A stretch of DNA of 64,000 nucleotides from the human T2T-CHM13v2.0 reference genome, Homo sapiens, in NCBI RefSeq assembly GCF_009914755.1, contig NC_060948.1; one strand, written 5' to 3'. Made by a program: the position numbers and the translations under genes. The number at the start of each line of letters is the position of its first letter. The stretch's first letter is position 1. This document shows, piece by piece, positions 1 through 13,600 of the stretch. Under the pieces are notes generated by a model that made no database searches, was not told the origin of the DNA, and saw only the letters and a program-made list of their open reading frames with translations.

Positions 1-318
1 AAATCGCATAGAATGGAGTGGAATCAAATGGAATTGAATCGAAAGGAAAGGAAGCGAATGGACTGAAATGAAATGGAATGGAATTGAATGGAAAGTAAAG
101 CAATGGAATAGAATGGAACGAAATTTCACGGAATGGAATCAAACTGAATGGAATCAAATCAATGGAATATAATCAAATGGAATGGAAAGGAATTGAATGG
201 AGTAGATGGGATTGGATGGGATTGGAATGAAATGTACTGGAAAGGACTCGAATTTCATGAAACGGAATGGAATGAATTGGAACGGAATGGACTCGAATGG
301 AATGGAATGTCATGGAAT

Positions 319-348
319 GGCATCAAATGGAATGGCATCAAATGGAAT
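319..348 (+). repeat. 15-bp internal tandem duplication (GGCATCAAATGGAAT)x2; copy-number variable between units
   Basis: x2 in U1-U8, U12, U13, U15; x1 in U9-U11, U14, U16-U18. Confidence 0.93.
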
Positions 349-680
349 GGAATCGAATGCAATGGAATGCTATGGAACGGAATGGAATGCATTGGAATGG
401 AATGTCCTCTAATGGAATGGATTCGAGTGGAATGGAATCGAATATAATGGAGTCGAATGAAATGGAATTGAAAGGAATGGGATCGAATACAATGGAATAT
501 ACTGGAATGTAATGTAATGAACTCGAATGTAATTGACTGGAATGGAATGTACATGAATGGAATGTAATCGAATGGAAAGTAATCCAATGGAATAGAATCT
601 AATGCAAGAAAATCGACTCAGATAGAGTAGAATGTAATGGAATGGAGTGCAGTGCAATGGAATGGAATGGAATGGAATGC

Positions 681-760
681 AATGGAATGGAATGGAATGG
701 GATGGAATGGTATGGAATGGAATGGAATGGAATGGAATGGGATGGAATGGTATGGAATGG
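681..760 (+). repeat. 40-bp internal tandem duplication [(AATGG)4 GATGG AATGG TATGG AATGG]x2; copy-number variable
   Basis: x2 in U1, U7, U8, U12, U13, U15; x1 elsewhere. Confidence 0.93.
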
Positions 761-1064
761 ATAGTAATGGACTGGAGTGAAATGGACTGGAAAGGAATGG
801 ACTCAAATTAAAAGGGCTCGAAAGGAATGGAGTCAAATGGAATGGTCTGGAATGGAATGAACACGAATGTAATGCAATCCAATAGAATGGAATCGAATGG
901 CATGGAATATAAAGAAATGGAATCGAAGAGAATGGAAACAAACGGAATGGAATTGAATGGAATGGAATTGAATGGAATGGGAACGAATGGAGTGAAATTG
1001 TATGCAGTAGAAGAGAATAGAATGGAATGCAAGCGAAAGGAAAGGAATGGATTGGAATGGAATG

Positions 1065-1108
1065 GAATTCATTGGAATGGAAGGGAATGTAGTGTAATGG
1101 ACAGGCCT
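1065..1108. other. Diagnostic single EcoRI (GAATTC 1065-1070) and StuI/HaeIII (AGGCCT 1103-1108) sites of the DYZ1 unit (U1 copy shown)
   Basis: Seen once per unit by eye; HaeIII site mutated only in U12. Confidence 0.88.
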
Positions 1109-1478
1109 GGAATAAAGTGGAATGCTACGGTCTCGAATGGAATAAAAATGTATGGAATGGAATGCAATGAAACGGAATCGAATGTCATAGAATGTAATGG
1201 AATGCAAAAAAATGGACTCCAAAATCATTGACTGGAAAGGCTGGGTGTCGAAAGGAATTGACTCCAATGGAATGGAATCGAATGGAATGGAAGTGAATAG
1301 AATCGAACTAAATCGAATGGAATGGAATTGATAGGAACGGAATGGAAAGGAATGAAATGATTTGGCATGGAATGGAATCGAATGGCATCGAATGGAATGG
1401 AATGGAATGCAATGCAATGGAATGTATTAGCATGTAATGAACTTTAATGGAATGTACTCGAATGGATTCGACTGGAAT

Positions 1479-1493
1479 GGAATGTTCTGGAAG
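1479..1493. promoter_or_regulatory. Perfect three-unit heat-shock element motif gGAAtgTTCtgGAAg (HSE-1; present in all 18 units)
   Basis: Exact match to nGAAnnTTCnnGAAn; binding is inferred, not shown. Confidence 0.55.
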
Positions 1494-1758
1494 TGAATGG
1501 ACTCCAATGGAATGGATTGAAAAGGAATGGAATCGTACGGAATGGAATCTAATGGAATGGAATTAAATGGAAATGAATCAAATTGAATAGCACGGAATTG
1601 AATTGAATGGAATCGAATGCAATGGAATCTAATGAAACGGAAAGGAAAGGAATGGAATGGAATGGAATGGGCTGGAATGGAAAGGAATCGAAACGCATGG
1701 AATGGAATCGAACTGAAGAGACTGGAATGGAATGCAGTGGAATGGAAGGGAGTTTAAT

Positions 1759-1773
1759 GGAAGGTTCTCGAAA
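1759..1773. promoter_or_regulatory. Perfect three-unit heat-shock element motif gGAAggTTCtcGAAa (HSE-2; present in all 18 units)
   Basis: Exact match to nGAAnnTTCnnGAAn; binding is inferred. Confidence 0.55.
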
Positions 1774-2779
1774 AAAATGGAATCGAATGGAATGGAATTG
1801 AATGGAACGGAATAGAGTCGAATGGAATTGAATGGAATGGAATGGACTAGAGTGAAATGGAATCGAACCACAAGGAATGGACAGGAATAGAATGGTCTCG
1901 AATTGAATGGAATCGTATGGAATGGCATCAAACGGAATGGAATGGACAGCCACGGAATGGAATGCACTCGAATGCAATGGAGTCGAACCTAATGGACTGG
2001 AATAGAATGGACTCGACTGGTACGGACTCCAATGGAATGGAATCGAATGGAAGGGAATCGAACGGAATGGACTCGAAGGGAAAAGACTGCAATGGAAAGG
2101 TCTCGAATGGAATGGAAATTAATGGAATGGAATGGAATCGAATGAAATGGAGTCAAAAGGAATGGAATCGAATGGCAAGAAATCGAATGTAATGGAATCG
2201 CAAGGAATTGATGTGAACGGATCGGAATGGAATGGAATCCAAAGAAATGGAATAGAATGGAATGGAATCGAATGGAAAGAACTCGAATGGAAATCACTCG
2301 AATAGAATGCAATTTAATAAAATAGGATGAAATGTAATGGAATGGAATGGAAAGGAATCGAAACGAAAGGAATGGAGACAGATGGAATGGAATGGAACAG
2401 AGAGCAATGGTATAGAATGGAATGGAATCATCTGGAATGGAATTGAATGGAATGGAATAATATGAAATGGAATGGAATGGAATGGAATGCCCTTGAATTA
2501 AATGGACTGGAATGGAATGGACTCGAACAGAGTGGAATGGAATGTGTTGAGATAGAATGGAATGGACTCCTTTGGAATGGTCTAGTATGCAATGCAATGG
2601 AGTGGCAGGGAATCAAAAGGAATGTAATCGAATGGATTGGACTGGAATGCAATGGACTCGAATAGATTGGAAACGGAATGCAAAGGAATGGAATGGAATA
2701 GTATGGAATGGAATGGAAAGGAATGGAGTGGAATAGACTAGAGTGGAATGGAATGGACTCGAAAGCAATGGACTGGAAT

Positions 2780-2794
2780 GGAACTTTCTTGAAT
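2780..2794. promoter_or_regulatory. Perfect three-unit heat-shock element motif gGAActTTCttGAAt (HSE-3; present in all 18 units)
   Basis: Exact match to nGAAnnTTCnnGAAn; binding is inferred. Confidence 0.55.
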
Positions 2795-3574
2795 GGACTG
2801 GAATCAAACGGAATGGAATGCAATGCAATCAAATGGCATGGAATAAAATAGAATGAAAGAGAATCAAATGGAATTGAATCGAATGCAATCGAATGGATTG
2901 GAAAGGAATAGAATGGAATGGAATGGAATTGACTCAAATGGAATGGACTAGAATGGAATGGATTCGAACGGAAGGCAAAGGAATGGAATCTATTGGAATG
3001 GACAGCAATGGAATGGAAAGGAAGGGATTGGAATGGACTCGAATGGAATGGACTGCAATAGAAAGGATTCGAATGGAATGAAAAAGAATTGAATGGAATA
3101 GAACAGAATGGAATCAAATCGAATGAAATGGAATGGAATAGAAAGGAATGGAATGAAATGGAATGGAAAGGATTCGAATGGAATGCAATCGAATGGAATG
3201 GAATCGAACGGAATGGAATAAAATGGAAGAAAACTGGCAAGAAATGGAATCGAAATGAATGGAGTGTTATGGAACGGACTCCAAAGGAATTGAATGTAAT
3301 AGAATGGAGTGGAGTGGACTCGAATATAATGGACTGGAATGGAATGAAATCACATGGAATGGGAACGAATGGAATGGAATGGAAAGGAATGGAATCGAAT
3401 GGAAAGGAATCGAATGGAAGGGAATGAAATTGAATCAACAGGAATGGAAGGGAATAGAATAGACGGTAATGGAATGGACTCGAATAGAATGGACACGAAT
3501 GCTCAAATTGAATGGACTCGAATGGAATGGAAACGAAAGGAATGTCATCGAATGGAATTGAATCGATTGGAATG

Positions 3575-6500
3575 AAATCGCATAGAATGGAGTGGAATCA
3601 AATGGAATTGAATCGAAAGGAAAGGAAGCGAATGGACTGAAATGAAATGGAATGGAATTGAATGGAAAGTAAAGCAATGGAATAGAATGGAACGAAATTT
3701 CACGGAATGGAATCAAACTGAATGGAATCAAATCAATGGAATATAATCAAATGGAATGGAAAGGAATTGAATGGAGTAGATGGGATTGGATGGGATTGGA
3801 ATGAAATGTACTGGAAAGGACTCGAATTTCATGAAACGGAATGGAATGAATTGGAACGGAATGGACTCGAATGGAATGGAATGTCATGGAATGGCATCAA
3901 ATGGAATGGCATCAAATGGAATGGAATCGAATGCAATGGAATGCTATGGAATGGAATGGAATGCATTGGAATGGAATGTCCTCTAATGGAATGGATTCGA
4001 GTGGAATGGAATCGAATATAATGGAGTCGAATGAAATGGAATTGAAAGGAATGGGATCGAATACAATGGAATATACTGGAATGTAATGTAATGAACTCGA
4101 ATGTAATTGACTGGAATGGAATGTACATGAATGGAATGTAATCGAATGGAAAGTAATCCAATGGAATAGAATCTAATGCAATAAAATCGACTCAGATAGA
4201 GTAGAATGTAATGGAATGGAGTGCAGTGCAATGGAATGGAATGGAATGGAATGCAATGGAATGGAATGGAATGGGATGGAATGGTATGGAATGGATAGTA
4301 ATGGACTGGAGTGAAATGGACTGGAAAGGAATGGACTCAAATTGAAAGGGCTCGAAAGGAATGGAGTCAAATGGAATGGTCTGGAATGGAATGAACACGA
4401 ATGTAATGCAATCCAATAGAATGGAATCGAATGGCATGGAATATAAAGAAATGGAATCGAAGAGAATGGAAACAAACGGAATGGAATTGAATGGAATGGA
4501 ATTGAATGGAATGGGAACGAATGGAGTGAAATTGTATGCAGTAGAAGAGAATAGAATGGAATGCAAGCGAAAGGAAAGGAATGGATTGGAATGGAATGGA
4601 ATTCATTGGAATGGAAGGGAATGTAGTGTAATGGACAGGCCTGGAATAAAGTGGAATGCTACGGTCTCGAATGGAATAAAAATGTATGGAATGGAATGCA
4701 ATGAAACGGAATCGAATGTCATAGAATGTAATGGAATGCAAAAAAATGGACTCCAAAATCATTGACTGGAAAGGCTGGGTGTCGAAAGGAATTGACTCCA
4801 ATGGAATGGAATCGAATGGAATGGAAGTGAATAGAATCGAACTAAATCGAATGGAATGGAATTGATAGGAACGGAATGGAAAGGAATGAAATGATTTGGC
4901 ATGGAATGGAATCGAATGGCATCGAATGGAATGGAATGGAATGCAATGCAATGGAATGTATTAGAATGTAATGAACTTTAATGGAATGTACTCGAATGGA
5001 TTCGACTGGAATGGAATGTTCTGGAAGTGAATGGACTCCAATGGAATGGATTGAAAAGGAATGGAATCGTACGGAATGGAATCTAATGGAATGGAATTAA
5101 ATGGAAATGAATCAAATTGAATAGCACGGAATTGAATTGAATGGAATCGAATGCAATGGAATCTAATGAAACGGAAAGGAAAGGAATGGAATGGAATGGA
5201 ATGGGCTGGAATGGAAAGGAATCGAAACGAATGGAATGGAATCGAACTGAAGAGACTGGAATGGAATGCAGTGGAATGGAAGGGAGTGTAATGGAAGTTT
5301 CTCGAAAAAAATGGAATCGAATGGAATGGAATTGAATGGAACGGAATAGAGTCGAATGGAATTGAATGGAATGGAATGGACTAGAGTGAAATGGAATCGA
5401 ACCACAAGGAATGGACAGGAATAGAATGGTCTCGAATTGAATGGAATCGTATGGAATGGCATCAAACGGAATGGAATGGACAGCCACGGAATGGAATGCA
5501 CTCGAATGCAATGGAGTCGAACCTAATGGACTGGAATAGAATGGACTCGACTGGTACGGACTCCAATGGAATGGAATCGAATGGAAGGGAATCGAACGGA
5601 ATGGACTCGAAGGGAAAAGACTGCAATGGAAAGGTCTCGAATGGAATGGAAATTAATGGAATGGAATGGAATCGAATGAAATGGAGTCAAAAGGAATGGA
5701 ATCGAATGGCAAGAAATCGAATGTAATGGAATCGCAAGGAATTGATGTGAACGGAACGGAATGGAATGGAATCCAAAGAAATGGAATAGAATGGAATGGA
5801 ATCGAATGGAAAGAACTCGAATGGAAATCACTCGAATAGAATGCAATTTAATAAAATAGGATGAAATGTAATGGAATGGAATGGAAAGGAATCGAAACGA
5901 AAGGAATGGAGACAGATGGAATGGAATGGAACAGAGAGCAATGGTATAGAATGGAATGGAATCATCTGGAATGGAATTGAATGGAATGGAATAATATGAA
6001 ATGGAATGGAATGGAATGGAATGCCCTTGAATTAAATGGACTGGAATGGAATGGACTCGAACAGAGTGGAATGGAAAGTGTTGAGATAGAATGGAATGGA
6101 CTCCTTTGGAATGGTCTAGTATGCAATGCAATGGACTGGCAGGGAATCAAAAGGAATGTAATCGAATGGATTGGACTGGAATGCAATGGACTCGAATAGA
6201 TTGGAAACGGAATGCAAAGGAATGGAATGGAATAGTATGGAATGGAATGGAAAGGAATGGAGTGGAATAGACTAGAGTGGAATGGAATGGACTCGAAAGC
6301 AATGGACTGGAATGGAACTTTCTTGAATGGACTGGAATCAAACGGAATGGAATGCAATGCAATCAAATGGCATGGAATAAAATAGAATGAAAGAGAATCA
6401 AATGGAATTGAATCGAATGCAATCGAATGGATTGGAAAGGAATAGAATGGAATGGAATGGAATTGACTCAAATGGAATGGACTAGAATGGAATGGATTCG

Positions 6501-7108
6501 AATGGAAGGCAAAGGAATGGAATCTATCGGAATGGACAGCAATGGAATGGAAAGGAAGGGATTGGAATGGACTCGAATGGAATGGACTGCAATAGAAAGG
6601 ATTCGAATGGAATGAAAAAGAATTGAATGGAATAGAACAGAATGGAATCAAATCGAATGAAATGGAATGGAATAGAAAGGAATGGAATGAAATGGAATGG
6701 AAAGGATTCGAATGGAATGCAATCGAATGGAATGGAATCGAACGGAATGGAATAAAATGGAAGCAAACTGGCAAGAAATGGAATCGAAATGAATGGAGTG
6801 TTATGGAACGGACTCAAAAGGAATTGAATGTAATAGAATGGAGTGGAGTGGACTCGAATATAATGGACTGGAATGGAATGAAATCACATGGAATGGGAAC
6901 GAATGGAATGGAATGGAAAGGAATGGAATCGAATGGAAAGGAATCGAATGGAAGGGAATGAAATTGAATCAACAGGAATGGAAGGGAATAGAATAGACGG
7001 TAATGGAATGGACTCGAATAGAATGGACACGAATGCTCAAATTGAATGGACTCGAATGGAATGGAAACGAAAGGAATGCCATCGAATGGAATTGAATCGA
7101 TTGGAATG
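3575..7108 (+). repeat. DYZ1 unit U2, 3534 bp (15-bp x2, 40-bp x1)
   Basis: Landmark spacing 3722->7256. Confidence 0.92.
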
Positions 7109-10100
7109 AAATCGCATAGAATGGAGTGGAATCAAATGGAATTGAATCGAAAGGAAAGGAAGCGAATGGACTGAAATGAAATGGAATGGAATTGAATGGA
7201 AAGTAAAGCAATGGAATAGAATGGAACGAAATTTCACGGAATGGAATCAAACTGAATGGAATCAAATCAATGGAATATAATCAAATGGAATGGAAAGGAA
7301 TTGAATGGATTAGATGGGATTGGATGGGATTGGAATGAAATGTACTGGAAAGGACTCGAATTTCATGAAACGGAATGGAATGAATTGGAACGGAATGGAC
7401 TCGAATGGAATGGAATGTCATGGAATGGCATCAAATGGAATGGCATCAAATGGAATGGAATCGAATGCAATGGAATGCTGTGGAATGGAATGGAATGCAT
7501 TGGAATGGAATGTCCTCTAATGGAATGGATTCGAGTGGAATGGAATCGAATATAATGGAGTCGAATGAAATGGAATTGAAAGGAATGGGATCGAATACAA
7601 TGGAATATACTGGAATGTAATGTAATGAACTCGAATGTAATTGACTGGAATGGAATGTACATGAATGGAATGTAATCGAATGGAAAGTAATCCAATGGAA
7701 TAGAATCTAATGCAATAAAATCGACTCAGATAGAGTAGAATGTAATGGAATGGAGTGCAGTGCAATGGAATGGAATGGAATGGAATGCAATGGAATGGAA
7801 TGGAATGGGATGGAATGGTATGGAATGGATAGTAATGGACTGGAGTGAAATGGACTGGAAAGGAATGGACTCAAATTGAAAGGGCTCGAAAGGAATGGAG
7901 TCAAATGGAATGGTCTGGAATGGAATGAACACGAATGTAATGCAATCCAATAGAATGGAATCGAATGGCATGGAATATAAAGAAATGGAATCGAAGAGAA
8001 TGGAAACAAACGGAATGGAATTGAATGGAATGGAATTGAATGGAATGGGAACGAATGGAGTGAAATTGTATGCAGTAGAAGAGAATAGAATGGAATGCAA
8101 GTGAAAGGAAAGGAATGGATTGGAATGGAATGGAATTCATTGGAATGGAAGGGAATGTAGTGTAATGGACAGGCCTGGAATAAAGTGGAATGCTACGGTC
8201 TCGAATGGAATAAAAATGTATGGAATGGAATGCAATGAAACGGAATCGAATGTCATAGAATGTAATGGAATGCAAAAAAATGGACTCCAAAATCATTGAC
8301 TGGAAAGGCTGGGTGTCGAAAGGAATTGACTCCAATGGAATGGAATCGAATGGAATGGAAGTGAATAGAATCGAACTAAATCGAATGGAATGGAATTGAT
8401 AGGAACGGAATGGAAAGGAATGAAATGATTTGGCATGGAATGGAATCGAATGGCATCGAATGGAATGGAATGGAATGCAATGCAATGGAATGTATTAGAA
8501 TGTAATGAACTTTAATGGAATGTACTCGAATGGATTCGACTGGAATGGAATGTTCTGGAAGTGAATGGACTCCAATGGAATGGATTGAAAAGGAATGGAA
8601 TTGTACGGAATGGAATCTAATGGAATGGAATTAAATGGAAATGAATGAAATTGAATAGCACGGAATTGAATTGAATGGAATCGAATGCAATGGAATCTAA
8701 TGAAACGGAAAGGAAAGGAATGGAATGGAATGGAATGGGCTGGAATGGAAAGGAATCGAAACGAATGGAATGGAATCGAACTGAAGAGACTGGAATGGAA
8801 TGCACTGGAATGGAAGGGAGTGTAATGGAAGGTTCTCGAAAAAAATGGAATCGAATGGAATGGAATTGAATGGAACGGAATAGAGTCGAATGGAATTGAA
8901 TGGAATGGAATGGACTAGAGTGAAATGGAATCGAACCACAAGGAATGGACAGGAATAGAATGGTATCGAATTGAATGGAATCGTATGGAATGGCATCAAA
9001 CGGAATGGAATGGACAGCCACGGAATGGAATGCACTCGAATGCAATGGAGTCGAAACTAATGGACTGGAATAGAATGGACTCGACTGGTACGGACTCCAA
9101 TGGAATGGAATCGAATGGAAGGGAATCGAACGGAATGGACTCGAAGGGAAAAGACTGCAATGGAAAGGTCTCGAATGGAATGGAAATTAATGGAATGGAA
9201 TGGAATCGAATGAAATGGAGTCAAAAGGAATGGAATCGAATGGCAAGAAATCGAATGTAATGGAATCGCAAGGAATTGATGTGAACGGAACGGAATGGAA
9301 TGGAATCCAAAGAAATGGAATAGAATGGAATGGAATCGAATGGAAAGAACTCGAATGGAAATCACTCGAATAGAATGCAATTTAATAAAATAGGATGAAA
9401 TGTAATGGAATGGAATGGAAAGGAATCGAAACGAAAGGAATGGAGACAGATGGAATGGAATGGAACAGAGAGCAATGGTATAGAATGGAATGGAATCATC
9501 TGGAATGGAATTGAATGGAATGGAATAATATGAAATGGAATGGAATGGAATGGAATGCCCTTGAATTAAATGGACTGGAATGGAATGGACTCGAACAGAG
9601 TGGAATGGAAAGTGTTGAGATAGAATGGAATGGACTCCTTTGGAATGGTCTAGTATGCAATGCAATGGACTGGCAGGGAATCAAAAGGAATGTAATCGAA
9701 TGGATTGGACTGGAATGCAATGGACTCGAATAGATTGGAAACGGAATGCAAAGGAATGGAATGGAATAGTATGGAATGGAATGGAAAGGAATGGAGTGGA
9801 ATAGACTAGAGTGGAATGGAATGGACTCGAAAGCAATGGACTGGAATGGAACTTTCTTGAATGGACTGGAATCAAACGGAATGGAATGCAATGCAATCAA
9901 ATGGCATGGAATAAAATAGAATGAAAGAGAATCAAATGGAATTGAATCGAATGCAATCGAATGGATTGGAAAGGAATAGAATGGAATGGAAAGGAATTGA
10001 CTCAAATGGAATGGACTAGAATGGAATGGATTCGAATGGAAGGCAAAGGAATGGAATCTATTGGAATGGACAGCAATGGAATGGAAAGGAAGTTATTGGA

Positions 10101-10642
10101 ATGGACTCGAATGGAATAGACTGCAATAGAAAGGATTCGAATGGAATGAAAAAGAATTGAATGGAATAGAACAGAATGGAATCAAATCGAATGAAATGGA
10201 ATGGAATAGAAAGGAATGGAATGAAATGGAATGGAAAGGATTCGAATGGAATGCAATCGAATGGAATGGAATCGAACGGAATGGAATAAAATGGAAGAAA
10301 ACTGGCAAGAAATGGAATCGAAATGAATGGAGTGTTATGGAACGGACTCCAAAGGAATTGAATGTAATAGAATGGAGTGGAGTGGACTCGAATATAATGG
10401 ACTGGAATGGAATGAAATCACATGGAATGAGAACGAATGGAATGGAATGGAAAGGAATGGAATCGAATGGAAAGGAATCGAATGGAAGGGAATGAAATTG
10501 AATCAACAGGAATGGAAGGGAATAGAATAGACGGTAATGGAATGGACTCGAATAGAATGGACACGAATGCTCAAATTGAATGGACTCGAATGGAATGGAA
10601 ACGAAAGGAATGTCATCGAATGGAATTGAATCGATTGGAATG
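7109..10642 (+). repeat. DYZ1 unit U3, 3534 bp
   Basis: Landmark spacing 7256->10790. Confidence 0.92.
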
Positions 10643-13600
10643 AAATCGCATAGAATGGAGTGGAATCAAATGGAATTGAATCGAAAGGAAAGGAAGCGAA
10701 TGGACTGAAATGAAATGGAATGGAATTGAATGGAAAGTAAAGCAATGGAATAGAATGGAACGAAATTTCACGGAATGGAATCAAACTGAATGGAATCAAA
10801 TCAATGGAATATAATCAAATGGAATGGAAAGGAATTGAATAGAGTAGATGGGATTGGATGGGATTGGAATGAAATGTACTGGAAAGGACTCGAATTTCAT
10901 GAAACGGAATGGAATGAATTGGAACGGAATGGACTCGAATGGAATGGAATGTCATGGAATGGCATCAAATGGAATGGCATCAAATGGAATGGAATCGAAT
11001 GCAATGGAATGCTGTGGAATGGAATGGAATGCATTGGAATGGAATGTCCTCTAATGGAATGGATTCGAGTGGAATGGAATCGAATATAATGGAGTCGAAT
11101 GAAATGGAATTGAAAGGAATGGGATCGAATACAATGGAATATACTGGAATGTAATGTAATGAACTCGAATGTAATTGACTGGAATGGAATGTACATGAAT
11201 GGAATGTAATCGAATGGAAAGTAATCCAATGGAATAGAATCTAATGCAATAAAATCGACTCAGATAGAGTAGAATGTAATGGAATGGAGTGCAGTGCAAT
11301 GGAATGGGATGGAATGGAATGCAATGGAATGGAATGGAATGGGATGGAATGGTATGGAATGGATAGTAATGGACTGGAGTGAAATGGACTGGAAAGGAAT
11401 GGACTCAAATTGAAAGGGCTCGAAAGGAATGGAGTCAAATGGAATGGTCTGGAATGGAATGAACACGAATGTAATGCAATCCAATAGAATGGAATCGAAT
11501 GGCATGGAATATAAAGAAATGGAATCGAAGAGAATGGAAACAAACGGAATGGAATTGAATGGAATGGAATTGAATGGAATGGGAACGAATGGAGTGAAAT
11601 TGTATGCAGTAGAAGAGAATAGAATGGAATGCAAGCGAAAGGAAAGGAATGGATTGGAATGGAATGGAATTCATGGGAATGGAAGGGAATGTAGTGTAAT
11701 GGACAGGCCTGGAATAAAGTGGAATGCTACGGTCTCGAATGGAATAAAAATCTATGGAATGGAATGCAATGAAACGGAATCGAATGTCATAGAATGTAAT
11801 GGAATGCAAAAAAATGGACTCCAAAATCATTGACTGGAAAGGCTGGGTGTCGAAAGGAATTGACTCCAATGGAATGGAATCGAATGGAATGGAAGTGAAT
11901 AGAATCGAACTAAATCGAATGGAATGGAATTGATAGGAACGGAATGGAAAGGAATGAAATGATTTGGCATGGAATGGAATCGAATGGCATCGAATGGAAT
12001 GGAATGGAATGCAATGCAATGGAATGTATTAGAATGTAATGAACTTTAATGGAATGTACTCGAATGGATTCGACTGGAATGGAATGTTCTGGAAGTGAAT
12101 GGACTCCAATGGAATGGATTGAAAAGGAATGGAATCGTACGGAATGGAATCTAATGGAATGGAATTAAATGGAAATGAATCAAATTGAATAGCACGGAAT
12201 TGAATTGAATGGAATCGAATGCAATGGAATCTAATGAAACGGAAAGGAAAGGAATGGAATGGAATGGAACGGGCTGGAATGGAAAGGAATCGAAACGAAT
12301 GGAATGGAATCGAACTGAAGAGACTGGAATGGAATGCACTGGAATGGAAGGGAGTGTAATGGAAGGTTCTCGAAAAAAATGGAATCGAATGGAATGGAAT
12401 TGAATGGAACGGAATAGAGTCGAATGGAATTGAATGGAATGGAATGGACTAGAGTGAAATGGAATCGAACCACAAGGAATGGACAGGAATAGAATGGTCT
12501 CGAATTGAATGGAATCGTATGGAATGGCATCAAACGGAATGGAATGGACAGCCACGGAATGGAATGCACTCGAATGCAATGGAGTCGAAACTAATGGACT
12601 GGAATAGAATGGACTCGACTGGTACGGACTCCAATGGAATGGAATCGAATGGAAGGGAATCGAACGGAATGGACTCGAAGGGAAAAGACTGCAATGGAAA
12701 GGTCTCGAATGGAATGGAAATTAATGGAATGGAATGGAATCGAATGAAATGGAGTCAAAAGGAATGGAATCGAATGGCAAGAAATCGAATGTAATGGAAT
12801 CGCAAGGAATTGATGTGAACGGAACGGAATGGAATGGAATCCAAAGAAATGGAATAGAATGGAATGGAATCGAATGGAAAGAACTCGAATGGAAATCACT
12901 CGAATAGAATGCAATTTAATAAAATAGGATGAAATGTAATGGAATGGAATGGAAAGGAATCGAAACGAAAGGAATGGAGACAGATGGAATGGAATGGAAC
13001 AGAGAGCAATGGTATAGAATGGAATGGAATCATCTGGAATGGAATTGAATGGAATGGAATAATATGAAATGGAATGGAATGGAATGGAATGCCCTTGAAT
13101 TAAATGGACTGGAATGGAATGGACTCGAACAGAGTGGAATGGAAAGTGTTGAGATAGAATGGAATGGACTCCTTTGGAATGGTCTAGTATGTAATGCAAT
13201 AGACTGGCAGGGAATCAAAAGGAATGTAATCGAATGGATTGGACTGGAATGCAATGGACTCGAATAGATTGGAAACGGAATGCAAAGGAATGGAATGGAA
13301 TAGCATGGAATGGAATGGAAAGGAATGGAGTGGAATAGACTAGAGTGGAATGGAATGGACTCGAAAGCAATGGACTGGAATGGAACTTTCTTGAATGGAC
13401 TGGAATCAAACGGAATGGAATGCAATGCAATCAAATGGCATGGAATAAAATAGAATGAAAGAGAATCAAATGGAATTGAATCGAATGCAATCGAATGGAT
13501 TGGAAAGGAATAGAATGGAATGGAATGGAATTGACTCAAATGGAATGGACTAGAATGGAATGGATTCGAATGGAAGGCAAAGGAATGGAATCTATCGGAA

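Larger units (their letters stand above)
1..3574 (+). repeat. DYZ1 unit U1, 3574 bp (15-bp x2, 40-bp x2)
   Basis: Arbitrary unit origin AAATCGCATAGAATGG at 1, recurring at 3575. Confidence 0.92.

Noticed and set aside
207-225. GGGATTGGATGGGATTGG as a G-quadruplex
   Set aside because: Only two G3 tracts; it does not meet the four-tract pattern.
125-262. GAS-like TTCACGGAA (125-133) and palindrome TTTCATGAAA (253-262)
   Set aside because: Short motifs expected whenever TTC arises in a GAA-rich background; they are incomplete as HSEs and have no independent support.
148-447. Plus-strand MEWNG-type ORFs (62-137 aa) in every unit
   Set aside because: Direct translation of GGAAT; ATG occurs in almost every pentamer; no coding evidence.
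1111-1146. AATAAA hexamers (1111, 1141, also ~2316, ~2842, ~3217) as polyadenylation signals
   Set aside because: They are easily generated from GGAAT by G>A changes, with no downstream GU/U-rich element or transcript evidence.
2428-3438. 336-aa minus-strand ORF (poly-FHSIP) recurring in most units, and the 194/202-aa companions
   Set aside because: (ATTCC)n has no stop codon in any frame, so long ORFs are expected. There is no domain or gene structure, all frames overlap, and the ORF is truncated or frameshifted in several units.
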